Origin: Promethearchaeota archaeon
GTDB lineage: Archaea > Asgardarchaeota > Hermodarchaeia > Hermodarchaeales > Hermodarchaeaceae
Assembly: GCA_048938385.1 (NCBI GenBank)
Contig: JBHLMG010000020.1
Span: 1 to 45,078, forward strand
Length of the DNA: 45,078 nucleotides
Reading direction: 5' to 3'
Shown: piece by piece, positions 36,535 to 45,078 of the stretch
Layout: each line of letters begins with the position of its first letter
Position numbering within the stretch: the stretch's first letter is position 1
Translations under genes and position numbers: made by a program
Notes under the pieces: model-generated
The model's input: the letters and a program-made list of their open reading frames with translations, nothing else
Databases searched by the model: none
What the model was told of the DNA's origin: nothing

Positions 36535-37725
36535 ATGGTGAAAATCCCAGAACACCGATTTGAAGAGCGGTTAACCAAGCTTCGGACCAAACTTTCTAAG
36601 GACAAAATTGCGCATTTTGTTGTGTTTAATCCGACGCACATCTACTACCTTACAGGGTTTGTTCACATCCCTACAGAACGCCCCTTCGCCTTAGTCGTTC
36701 AGGAATCTGAAATCAGCTTTTTCGTTCCTGAATTAGAGAAACAACATGTGGAAGAAGAGGTTCCGCACGCATCGAAGGTTGGGACCTATTTCGATTATCC
36801 TGATGCCAAGCATCCCATGAAGCATCTGGCTAATTTTTTGAAAAAAGAACTCCATATCACGGGTCATCTTGGTGCAGAAGCACCCGGAAGTTCAGGTCGC
36901 TGGGGTTACGAGGGGCCTAAGCTAGAGGAAGTCTTAGGATTTCCAGTACAAGTATTTCCCCAGTTACTTACTGACATGCGTATTATCAAGGATGAAGACG
37001 AGCTAGCTTGTATTCGAGATTCGGCGATGTGGGCAAACCTTGCCCATCAGTTCCTCCAAGATAACACTAGGGTTGGAGCCAACGAGGTCGAGGTTTCTGC
37101 AGTCGCTTCGCTGAAAGCCTCACTCGCAATGGGAAAAGCTCTTGGTATTGCTTACCGCCCCTTCACTTTCAGCGGACTCCCCGTTCACGCTGGATACCGT
37201 GGCCAAATTGGCACCTATTCCGCAATTCCACATGCCATGACCCGATTTGCTGTGTTCCAACCTGGTGACACTTTAGTCACTGGCGCTTCGGCAAATGTGG
37301 CAGGCTACTACGCCGAGCTAGAACGCACGATGTTCCTGGGACCGCCGAACGAAAAACAGCAGAAGCATTTTGCCATCATGATGGAAGCCCAAGATGCTGC
37401 CATTGATGCGTTTGCACCAGGCGTACCCTGTTCAAAGGTGGACAAGGCAGCCCGAACCATCTTTCAGAAGCATGGCGTGATGAATCTCGTGCAGCACCAT
37501 ACTGGACACGCAATTGGATTAGAAGGCCATGAAAAGCCGTTCTTGGATCACGGGATGGATGTAATCATGGAGCCGGGAATGGTGTTTACAGTGGAACCCG
37601 GGATTTATGACCGGGGACTTGGAGGCTTCCGTCATTCTGATACTATCTTCATCACAGAAGAAGGCATGGAAATAGTGACATACTACCCCAGAGACATCGA
37701 CTATCTTACCATTACCTCTCAGTAG
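36535..37725 (+). CDS. M24 (creatinase/prolidase fold) protein with non-canonical metal site
   Basis: IYYLTGF, RIIKDEDE, PH, GYYAELERT, HHTGHAIG, TVEPG, GFRHSDT; AAGGAGG SD (start 36529 or 36535). Confidence 0.88.
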   Translation: MVKIPEHRFEERLTKLRTKLSKDKIAHFVVFNPTHIYYLTGFVHIPTERPFALVVQESEISFFVPELEKQHVEEEVPHASKVGTYFDYPDAKHPMKHLANFLKKELHITGHLGAEAPGSSGRWGYEGPKLEEVLGFPVQVFPQLLTDMRIIKDEDELACIRDSAMWANLAHQFLQDNTRVGANEVEVSAVASLKASLAMGKALGIAYRPFTFSGLPVHAGYRGQIGTYSAIPHAMTRFAVFQPGDTLVTGASANVAGYYAELERTMFLGPPNEKQQKHFAIMMEAQDAAIDAFAPGVPCSKVDKAARTIFQKHGVMNLVQHHTGHAIGLEGHEKPFLDHGMDVIMEPGMVFTVEPGIYDRGLGGFRHSDTIFITEEGMEIVTYYPRDIDYLTITSQ

Positions 37726-37852
37726 ATTGTTGTGAAATGTAATTGTCATTATCTTAGTAAATAGATCGTTTCCAGTATTATTCCATTGAGAAAAGGATGA
37801 GAAAACCTCTAGATTTTTTGGTTAGGATTCCTATTTTCTATGAGGTGCTTTG

Positions 37853-38530
37853 ATGACTGAGGTTCCCAACGAATTGAAAGATACTATTTTAGAGCGATTT
37901 GAACGCGATCTGAAACACCCCGTACGATTAGTATTATTTACACAGGAGCTGGAATGTCATTTCTGCGCAGAAACTCACGAACTCATCGACATGGTCGCCA
38001 GTCTATCTGAAAAAATTAGTTTAGATGTCTTTGATTTCGTAAAAGACAAAGAGAAGGCCGGTGAACTGAAAATAGATAAAATTCCCGCTTTGGCAGTTTT
38101 GGGAAAGGAGGATTATGGGATTCGGTTTTTTGGGATTCCTTCCGGTTATGAATTTCAAACTTTGGTGGAAGCCATTACTTTGGTCTCAAGTGGAGAAAGT
38201 AGTTTACCCCCAGAAGCCGAAAAGGCGTTAGCTAAAGCCATCACCAAACCCGCTGAGATTCAGGTCTTAGTGATTCCGACCTGCCCTGTGTGTCCCTTAG
38301 TAGCCACAATGGGAATGCAGTTTGCCATGGCGAGTCGCAAGGTGTCTATTAAAATTGTAGAAATTGCAGAATTTCCGCACCTGGCTGTTCGCTATAATGT
38401 TGTTGGAACTCCCAAAACAGTCATCAACGAAACGGTGCAGTTTGAAGGGCTAGTACCTCCAGCGCAATTTATTAATCACATTCAACAAGCCTCACAGGGC
38501 TCACCCACGGGTATCTCACCAACAATCTGA
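37853..38530 (+). CDS. Protein disulfide oxidoreductase (PDO / AhpF-NTD-like, two Trx folds)
   Basis: CHFC and CPVC, GIPSGYEF, cis-Pro loops; GAGGTG SD. Confidence 0.92.
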   Translation: MTEVPNELKDTILERFERDLKHPVRLVLFTQELECHFCAETHELIDMVASLSEKISLDVFDFVKDKEKAGELKIDKIPALAVLGKEDYGIRFFGIPSGYEFQTLVEAITLVSSGESSLPPEAEKALAKAITKPAEIQVLVIPTCPVCPLVATMGMQFAMASRKVSIKIVEIAEFPHLAVRYNVVGTPKTVINETVQFEGLVPPAQFINHIQQASQGSPTGISPTI

Positions 38531-38553
38531 GACCCAAGAACCTATTCCTTGAT

Positions 38554-39567
38554 ATGTTTGTGGATGCCATGCCAAATGCTCAAGAGTTGTATGATATTGT
38601 AATTATCGGTGGAGGAGTCACCGGTCTTGCTGCCGCTATGTACGCAGGTCGAATGAAGCTCAAAACCATTCTCATCGGTTTTCCACCCGGAGGAGTCATA
38701 GCTACAACAGACTGGATAGAAAACTACCCTGGGTTCATCTCCCTTTCAGGAAAAGAACTCGCTGACAAAATCACCGCCCACGCTAAGGAATACGACATCG
38801 AGTTAGTCATGGATAATGTCACAGATATCAATCACCAAAACGACTGCTTCACGGCCCACACCGCTTTCAAACAATATTCAGCCAAAACCGTGCTCTTCGC
38901 TACGGGAACTCAACATCGAAAGCTCGAAGTTCCAGGAGCTGATACTTACGAGGGAAAAGGTGTACAGTTTTGTGCCCTCTGTGATGGTCCTATGTTTGCG
39001 AACAAAACGGTAGCTGTAGTTGGAGGTGGAGATAGCTCAGCGAAGGAGGCGTTAATTCTCGCACAATGGGTGAATCATGTGTACTTAGTTATGCGTGGTG
39101 ATCGCCTGAAAGCCGAACCAATAAATCTAGAACGCATCGAAGCCTCTGATAAGATTACGGTCATCCCGAAAACCAACATCACGCGCATAGAAGGGAGTGA
39201 TCGAATTGAACAAGTCGTCTTAGATACCCCTTATGAAGGGAAAACCGAGTTAGCTGTCCAAGGGGTGTTCGTCGCCATTGGTAGCGATCCTCTGTCGGAC
39301 TTGGCTAAGAAGCTCGGAGTAAAAACTAACGAGAAAGGCGAAATCATCATCAACCGGCAAAACGCGACAAACATTCCAGGAGTATTTGCTGGTGGCGATG
39401 TCACTGATACAGAATTTAAACAGGCAATAACTGGTGTGGCGGAGGGGGTTACGGCTATTTACTTTGCCTACAAATATGTAGGGGGACTGCCTGTCTGCAC
39501 CTGCATAGACACTGATTACCTTGATTGTCCTGCAGCTGCTGAAGATCTGCGGAGCCAGTCCGACTAA
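38554..39567 (+). CDS. trxB: Thioredoxin reductase with Cys-containing C-terminal tail
   Basis: GGGVTG, IENYPG, ATG, CALCDG, GGGDSS, GVFAGGD, KQA. Confidence 0.92.
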   Translation: MFVDAMPNAQELYDIVIIGGGVTGLAAAMYAGRMKLKTILIGFPPGGVIATTDWIENYPGFISLSGKELADKITAHAKEYDIELVMDNVTDINHQNDCFTAHTAFKQYSAKTVLFATGTQHRKLEVPGADTYEGKGVQFCALCDGPMFANKTVAVVGGGDSSAKEALILAQWVNHVYLVMRGDRLKAEPINLERIEASDKITVIPKTNITRIEGSDRIEQVVLDTPYEGKTELAVQGVFVAIGSDPLSDLAKKLGVKTNEKGEIIINRQNATNIPGVFAGGDVTDTEFKQAITGVAEGVTAIYFAYKYVGGLPVCTCIDTDYLDCPAAAEDLRSQSD

Positions 39568-39614
39568 CCCGCCACTCTGAATGAGTTTATTCGACTTAAT
39601 AATCGCAAGAAAAT

Positions 39615-40481
39615 TCAGATGGGGGATTGCCAGAGATGAGGATGAGTTCTTACATATAGACGGCTTCGTTCAGTCGCTTTGAACCCCTCTTTTTCGAAAA
39701 TGTGTAATGCAGGAGCGTTTGCGACGGAAACCTTAAGCCAAGCTCGGAAATGGCCTTGTTCGGAGAGGTGGTTTTTCGCCCATTGGGTGATCGTTGTTCC
39801 ATATCCCCTCCCTCGAGCTCCGGGGTTAACGCCGAGCATTCCAATCGTGGGACCTTCTAAGCTGAGAATCCCTACAGTATTTGTTGCATCTTTCACCATA
39901 ACTATGTCAAGTTGTGATAAGGTCTGCTTGAGCTGGTCAGGAGGAAGGCGTTGGATGTTATGAACCACCGTATGAAGCAATCGCCCTGGCGTATCGGTCA
40001 TCGAGATAGCTAGATTTTCGAGGATTTGATTAGTTTCTTCTGGAGATGCGCGGGTAAAGGAGAGATTCGTTTCGGGAGGCCGCACATTCTCGAGGGGTAC
40101 GCCCATTTTGACAGTTTCATCAAAAAGAGTGAATCCGGCGTGTTCTAACTGTTGTATGGCCTCTTCCTTATCGGTGTTCACTAAGCAACTCAAGTAGGTC
40201 GCATTATACTCGGTGGCGAGTTGTATTGCAGTATTGAGAAGTTCCTTTACAGCATTAGCTTGATGTCGAAAGAGGTAAACTTGAATAAAGGGTGTACTTG
40301 CGGGTTGAAGATGATCACGGGGTTCTTTTGCGGCTACAATCAATCCCAGCACCGTTTGGTTTTCAACGAGAACCCAAAAGGGAAACCTGGTTTCTTCAAA
40401 GATGGTTTTGAGTCCAAGGAATTGATCCTGATATGTGGCGATGGCGGCATCGGTGGAGGCAATGAGCTGCATATGCATCAC
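39615..40481 (-). CDS. Tandem-type GNAT N-acetyltransferase
   Basis: LGVNPGARGRGYG, NAPALHIFEKEGF; same architecture as 31683-32540. Confidence 0.88.
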   Translation of the reverse strand: MMHMQLIASTDAAIATYQDQFLGLKTIFEETRFPFWVLVENQTVLGLIVAAKEPRDHLQPASTPFIQVYLFRHQANAVKELLNTAIQLATEYNATYLSCLVNTDKEEAIQQLEHAGFTLFDETVKMGVPLENVRPPETNLSFTRASPEETNQILENLAISMTDTPGRLLHTVVHNIQRLPPDQLKQTLSQLDIVMVKDATNTVGILSLEGPTIGMLGVNPGARGRGYGTTITQWAKNHLSEQGHFRAWLKVSVANAPALHIFEKEGFKATERSRLYVRTHPHLWQSPI

Positions 40482-40575
40482 CTTTAGTAAGAAAATTTAC
40501 TGCCAACCACTTAAACCTGGCGTTATTAATTTCAAACAAGAATGGCGATGTGGATATCTGCAGATAGGGAAAGGG

Positions 40576-41607
40576 TTAGTTCACCTTGGATTGATCTTTG
40601 GCTAGAATGACAGGGATTGGTAGGTTACATGAAGGACAGCGACCTTGGCGGGTTAATCGTACCGAAATGGTTTGGATGCCTAACCGCTCAATGAGGAGGG
40701 CGCCACAATTACTGCAAACAGTGTTCGCTCCTTGGTGTCCTGGTACATTGCCTAAGTAGACATAGTTCAAACCAGCACGAGTCGCTGCTTCAGCTGCTGC
40801 TTCGAGCGTCTTGATGGGCGTGGGAGGAAGATTGCTCATTTTATGGTGGGGATAGAAGCGGAGAAGATGAAGGGGCGTGTTTTCACCCAGTTCAGAGGCA
40901 ATCCATTGGGCCAGGGTTTCCGCTTCTTGGATATCATCGCCAACATCTGTAACGATGAGGTTGGTAATTTCGATGTGGATTCCTGCTGTTTTCATGGCTT
41001 TAAGGCTCTCATAGATAGGCTCGATAGAAGGAACATTACAGAACTGTTTGTAAAAACTGGGATTGGCGTTTCCCTTGAAGTCTACAGTTGCAGCGTCGAG
41101 GTAAGGGGCAATTGTCTCAACAGCTTCAACGGTCATGTACCCATTAGTGACGAAGGTGTTGAAGAGGCCATTCTCCTTTGCAATCTTCGCTGTATCATAG
41201 GCGTATTCAAAGAATATTGTAGGTTCTGAATAGGTATAGGAGACTCCTGTGCAACCTGTTTGAAGTGCCATGTCGATGATAGTCTTCGGAGACAGGGCAC
41301 GCCCCACAACATCGCGTTCGTGGCTGATTTGCCAGTTTTGGCAGAATTGGCAACGGAAATTGCACCCGATGGTGGCCATGGACATGACGAGGGATCCGGG
41401 ATGAAAGTGCCAGAGTGGTTTCTTTTCGATGGGATCGGGATTTGCAGAGCAGGCTTTTCCATACACGAGGGAGTAGAGGGTGCCATTCTCGTTTTTTCGA
41501 ACATGGCAATATCCCATTTTTCCATCAGAAATGGTGCATCGTCGTCCGCAGAGATGGCAATTCACAGCTTTGTCTTCTAATTTCGAATACAGCATTGCTT
41601 CGTGCAT
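40576..41607 (-). CDS. amrS: AmmeMemoRadiSam system radical SAM enzyme
   Basis: CHLCGRRC, DPIEKKPL, GCNFRCQFCQNWQIS, YTYSEP, YVYLGNV; probable start at MHEAMLY. Confidence 0.93.
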   Translation of the reverse strand: MHEAMLYSKLEDKAVNCHLCGRRCTISDGKMGYCHVRKNENGTLYSLVYGKACSANPDPIEKKPLWHFHPGSLVMSMATIGCNFRCQFCQNWQISHERDVVGRALSPKTIIDMALQTGCTGVSYTYSEPTIFFEYAYDTAKIAKENGLFNTFVTNGYMTVEAVETIAPYLDAATVDFKGNANPSFYKQFCNVPSIEPIYESLKAMKTAGIHIEITNLIVTDVGDDIQEAETLAQWIASELGENTPLHLLRFYPHHKMSNLPPTPIKTLEAAAEAATRAGLNYVYLGNVPGHQGANTVCSNCGALLIERLGIQTISVRLTRQGRCPSCNLPIPVILAKDQSKVN

Positions 41608-41869
41608 ATTGTCTACCACATGGATTTGATTATCGAGAGGTAAAAAGTTCACCTCTTCGAGATATGAAACCGAACCGATGCTTTTAGTAAGCGAATACAA
41701 ATCCATCCATTCGAGCGCTTCAGCCTCTTTTATGTTTCAAAGCCGTATAATCTGAAATAGAATGATTCGAGCAAAATTACTTAGGTTCCATTAGAGGGAT
41801 TTTAATTTCGAGTGCAAGAGCAGCATCTTAATAAGATAGTTTCCAGTGACGGGTGATAGGTGAATAAGG

Positions 41870-42130
41870 TTGGGTAAAACCTACGAACTTGGAAAACTCA
41901 CGATTGCAGACCACGAAAGTCAAACCCTTACTGGAGCCTTCGGTCTTCAAGAGGAAGAGTTTGAAGAAATCGTCAATACGGCGCGAGAGGCTTGGAACCA
42001 TGAAGACACCGTGTCTGAAAGCGTTGAGTTTCTGGCTAACAAGCTAACTGGCTCTGCGTTGGTTCTGGGATTACTTATTCTCGGACGCATCTGGGAAGAA
42101 AACAGTATTGAAGAAGAAACCGAAGAGTAA
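41870..42130 (+). CDS. Small acidic hypothetical protein (86 aa)
   Basis: AGGTGA SD before TTG; coherent acidic helical composition. Confidence 0.75.
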   Translation: MGKTYELGKLTIADHESQTLTGAFGLQEEEFEEIVNTAREAWNHEDTVSESVEFLANKLTGSALVLGLLILGRIWEENSIEEETEE

Positions 42131-42329
42131 CCGAACTCGCCACAATATCCCTCTTTCTTATTCTGCGAATAGGTGAAGACCAATCCCATCAAATCTAGAG
42201 TCAGGTCGTTGCGCAATATGTTCAAGAGCCATCGAATCTGACAAAGAAAAACGCCTTCTCCGCTCCACCGAAAAGGTATATGTGGTTCACGGCAAATGCC
42301 TCACGCGACTACGGCGATTGGCCTGTGAC

Positions 42330-42665
42330 ATGGATGGTCGAATCCCTCCGATCCCAACATTGACTCGGTCGTTAACATTACACGAATTTCTGCTAACTAA
42401 GCGCCCCAAGACGGGATCAGAAATCCTCAGTTGTGTAGTTTACTTTTTCCAAGTGCAACATATTGGCGATGAAGTTCTTACTGTCGACTGCATCAAAAAC
42501 CATCTTCGGTATTCACCGTATAAAATCACTAACATCCAAGAAGCTGCCGACCACGCTATTGATCTTGGATTAATCGGACATCTCACCTTAAAGGATACAA
42601 CCCACTACATCATTACAGCCAAGGGTCGGAAAACCGTTGAACGGCTCCCCCTAACATCTAAATAA
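42330..42665 (+). CDS. Small winged-helix-like hypothetical protein
   Basis: LTLHEFL...GLIG...YIITAKGRKTVE wing pattern; start uncertain (42282 or 42330). Confidence 0.6.
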   Translation: MDGRIPPIPTLTRSLTLHEFLLTKRPKTGSEILSCVVYFFQVQHIGDEVLTVDCIKNHLRYSPYKITNIQEAADHAIDLGLIGHLTLKDTTHYIITAKGRKTVERLPLTSK

Positions 42666-42875
42666 GAACAGCGCTTGGGCTTCTTGAACGCAGGTAAAGT
42701 GTTCCGGATTTAATCTATCTTGGAAGTTGACTTGCGTAAGCGCGATACTCTGCTCAGTTTGCCTGCTCTGATGCCCTGTCCCGCGTAAAGATAAGATAGC
42801 GCTTTGGAATTTTAATGAAAAGGAGGAAAATCGCTTGGGCTGCTGCACTAGGGGGCAACCCTGCTCTGGTTCGTC

Positions 42876-42986
42876 TTAGAGCACGCGCTGCTCAAGGTAA
42901 GAAGCGAAGATGCGTTTCTTGCGTTGTTCTTCTTCTGTTTCAGTATGCGGTGTTTTCGATGCTACATTTTCGGGTTGAGGTGCCAT
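42876..42986 (-). CDS. 36-aa microprotein MAPQPENVASKTPHTETEEEQRKKRIFASYLEQRVL
   Basis: ATG 42986 preceded by GAGGTGAGGT. Confidence 0.55.
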   Translation of the reverse strand: MAPQPENVASKTPHTETEEEQRKKRIFASYLEQRVL

Positions 42987-43091
42987 GATTACCTCACCTC
43001 GAGGCTTTATTCTGTAACCTCGCTCATGCGGATTGGCCAGGTTACCTTTGATGGTGCCGTTGATGCTCGAAATACTAACGCCCACCGTCAT

Positions 43092-43167
43092 TTAATTGTC
43101 ACTGCGTGTCCCTGAAGTGTCACACCGGTATATTAATATTACCGTATGTGACAATAATTAATTGTCA
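43092..43167. promoter_or_regulatory. Palindromic operator cluster in a divergent promoter
   Basis: TGACAAT-N5-ATTGTCA 43149-43167; CGGTA-N9-TACCG 43126-43144; repeated half-site TTAATTGTCA at 43092. Confidence 0.6.
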
Positions 43168-43213
43168 AGAGCCAAAAAAATCACTGACCCATGGATGGAT
43201 GAGAATGGGTGGC

Positions 43214-43876
43214 ATGAAAGAAAAGGATACTCCCAAAGATTACGAAGATTTTGTTACAGAGCAACCTGAACCCATTATTTTTTTAACAGAAGAACAGGAA
43301 GCCGTCGTTGGTGATTACCGGGAAATCATCAAAGCCCTCATAGGTAAGAATCGTACAGCAAAGGAAATCTACGCACTGTATTGGAACGCAGAGAAGGAGA
43401 AGTACACTAAAACCATTAAAACCGTGTACCGGCACCTGGAAGCCCTCGAAACAGCAGGCCTCATAAAAGTTTGTGGCCATCGCAAACCAAAGGATTGCCG
43501 AATGACCGAGCAATTGTATTGTCGCACTGCCAACATCTTTGTTCTGCAAGAAGACAAAGCCAAACCCAAGTGGTGGAAATCCGAGAAAGGATCTCAAATA
43601 ATTGACAAGTTAACCATGTTAGTCCAAGAACTATTCGATGTCAAACTTGAAGATGAAGCCGTATTTCGCAAAACGATGGAGCAGTACTTTGAACAGCATG
43701 ATGGAACCATCATGGAGTTGTGGCGAAAAGTACCAAACAACGAAGCACTTTCTGCGTTTTTCAGCGAAGTGAATTTGTACGAAATTAAGTACTACTCTGA
43801 TCTCGTTGCGACGATGGGCGTCATTCTTCGGAAACCCGAAATCTGCAACCAGATTAAGAAGCTTCTGACCAAGTAA
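43214..43876 (+). CDS. ArsR-like winged-HTH transcriptional regulator
   Basis: REIIKAL...TAKEI...KTVYRHLEALETAGLI...LYCRTA; start moved downstream of the operator. Confidence 0.85.
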   Translation: MKEKDTPKDYEDFVTEQPEPIIFLTEEQEAVVGDYREIIKALIGKNRTAKEIYALYWNAEKEKYTKTIKTVYRHLEALETAGLIKVCGHRKPKDCRMTEQLYCRTANIFVLQEDKAKPKWWKSEKGSQIIDKLTMLVQELFDVKLEDEAVFRKTMEQYFEQHDGTIMELWRKVPNNEALSAFFSEVNLYEIKYYSDLVATMGVILRKPEICNQIKKLLTK

Positions 43877-43953
43877 GAAGTACAGGGGCCTCCAAAATTA
43901 GCCATGGGTTTCAGCGGCTTGAGTGAGAAATCGACTTCATAAACCGCTAGGGA

Positions 43954-44565
43954 TTATGTGGAACTTGGAGTTACGCTAGCGAGGGGAGAAATGTCGCCTA
44001 GGTAACTTCGCTGCATCAACGAGCAAAGCATGGTGAACACTCGTTTCACATTCTCACCCGTTTTCGCTGAACATGGAAGGTATTGGTGAATCTTGTTCTG
44101 CTTACAAAAGGCTTGAACTGCTTCTACGGAAACCACAGGCGATAGATCTAGTTTATTCCCCACAAGGACGACAGGAAATTCGTGTGGAAAGGGATTATAG
44201 GAGACGATGTCTGTTAACCATTGACCGGCTGAATCCAAGGATGTGGGATTAGAGAGGTCAAAGACCAACACGAGCCCAGCGGCCCCTTGGCAGAATCGTG
44301 ACATCAGGCATTGAAATCGTGGTTGACCGCTCAGGTCCCAGATGCTCAGATTCACTGAACCGAGATCATTCTGGCAGACTTTTTGAGCGAAGTTGACTCC
44401 AATTGTGGGAGCCACCTCCGTAAAGCCCTCAAAGATGAAGCTGTTGACTAAACTCGTTTTTCCCACACCAGTGGCGCCCGCGATGAGAACCTTGGCGAGT
44501 AAAGGCTTGTCATACCGCATTGTACTTCTCAGTGCTTCACTTGCAAGCAGCCTTTTAGTCTCCAC
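43954..44565 (-). CDS. Rab-like small GTPase (Ras superfamily)
   Basis: G1 GATGVGKT, G2 PTIGVNF, G3 WDLSGQ, G4 NKLD, G5 SAK; no C-terminal Cys motif. Confidence 0.95.
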   Translation of the reverse strand: METKRLLASEALRSTMRYDKPLLAKVLIAGATGVGKTSLVNSFIFEGFTEVAPTIGVNFAQKVCQNDLGSVNLSIWDLSGQPRFQCLMSRFCQGAAGLVLVFDLSNPTSLDSAGQWLTDIVSYNPFPHEFPVVLVGNKLDLSPVVSVEAVQAFCKQNKIHQYLPCSAKTGENVKRVFTMLCSLMQRSYLGDISPLASVTPSST

Positions 44566-44592
44566 ACATCTTCAGTACTTGAACTCACAGAA

Positions 44593-45078
44593 TTAGTCAT
44601 CGAGTTGTCCAAGCATTTTTTCAAACCAAAGTTCTCGCAGACCAGTGTACCGTTTGGTGGGGTATCCAAAGATGGCTTTAACCGAGTCGATTAGGGGACA
44701 CTGACTGATTTCTTTGATGATAGGATTCGCATCGCGTAAATGGTCAACGATAAACACATTGAAGAGGGTTGGCATGGTCGCAGAGGCATAGGCATACCAA
44801 AATTGGATCGGGAATTTTTGTTGTAACCACTCCACCACTTCGCCGATCAAGGCTTTTTGCTCGTTTCGTTCAATACGCACAAGGAACGCGGTTGCTCCTC
44901 CAGCGTTGAGGTCCCAGGCAACCCGAAAATAGATGCAGGCTTGCGCTGCCTGCCTATCGCCAATTGATTGCCGTTTCACGAAGAATTCGTCATCTGAGCC
45001 TCCGTCCCCGAGGAATTCTTTAACGATTTTGCGGACCCGCCGCGGTGTTAACTGCGTTTCGCTGGCAATTTGGGAAAT
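44593..45078 (-). CDS. Lrp/AsnC-like wHTH regulator, partial (5' end outside window)
   Basis: Frame open to the window end: ISQIASETQLTPRRVRKIVKEF (HTH), then a RAM-like domain; ends 27 bp before the GTPase start. Confidence 0.75.
   Translation of the reverse strand: MSQIASETQLTPRRVRKIVKEFLGDGGSDDEFFVKRQSIGDRQAAQACIYFRVAWDLNAGGATAFLVRIERNEQKALIGEVVEWLQQKFPIQFWYAYASATMPTLFNVFIVDHLRDANPIIKEISQCPLIDSVKAIFGYPTKRYTGLRELWFEKMLGQLDD

Noticed and set aside
40576-41607. Complete AmmeMemoRadiSam system
   Set aside because: No AmrA or AmrB genes are in the window; dispersed organisation is ordinary in archaea.
1-45078. tRNA, rRNA, IS elements or provirus
   Set aside because: No cloverleaf, transposase, integrase, terminal inverted repeat or viral hallmark gene was recognised by eye.

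Overview
Archaeal chromosomal window, most likely from an Asgard archaeon. The evidence is GGTGA/GAGGTG Shine-Dalgarno sites, TATA boxes, a Rab-like small GTPase without a prenylation motif, a JAMM protease, C-terminally anchored surface proteins and tandem-type Lrp/wHTH regulators; the class cannot be assigned from sequence alone. It holds about 45 mostly stand-alone genes. These include a partial secreted beta-propeller, a STAND-NTPase/TPR protein, a polar amino-acid ABC operon, a cold-shock protein, a GDT1/FTR1/CopB metal cluster, DinB, two radical SAM enzymes, a PDO-TrxR pair and several microproteins missing from the ORF track. I saw no tRNA, rRNA, CRISPR array, transposase or integrase. 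The most unusual signal is non-coding: a degenerate ~60-90 bp element (GTTAT-N17/18-TTCGAAGA-N~26-TGAAAGATGATTTGTTT) recurs in most intergenic gaps of the first ~27 kb. It is always on the + strand whatever the orientation of the flanking genes, and it punctuates a mosaic of unrelated genes. All motif alignments were done by eye and need computational confirmation.
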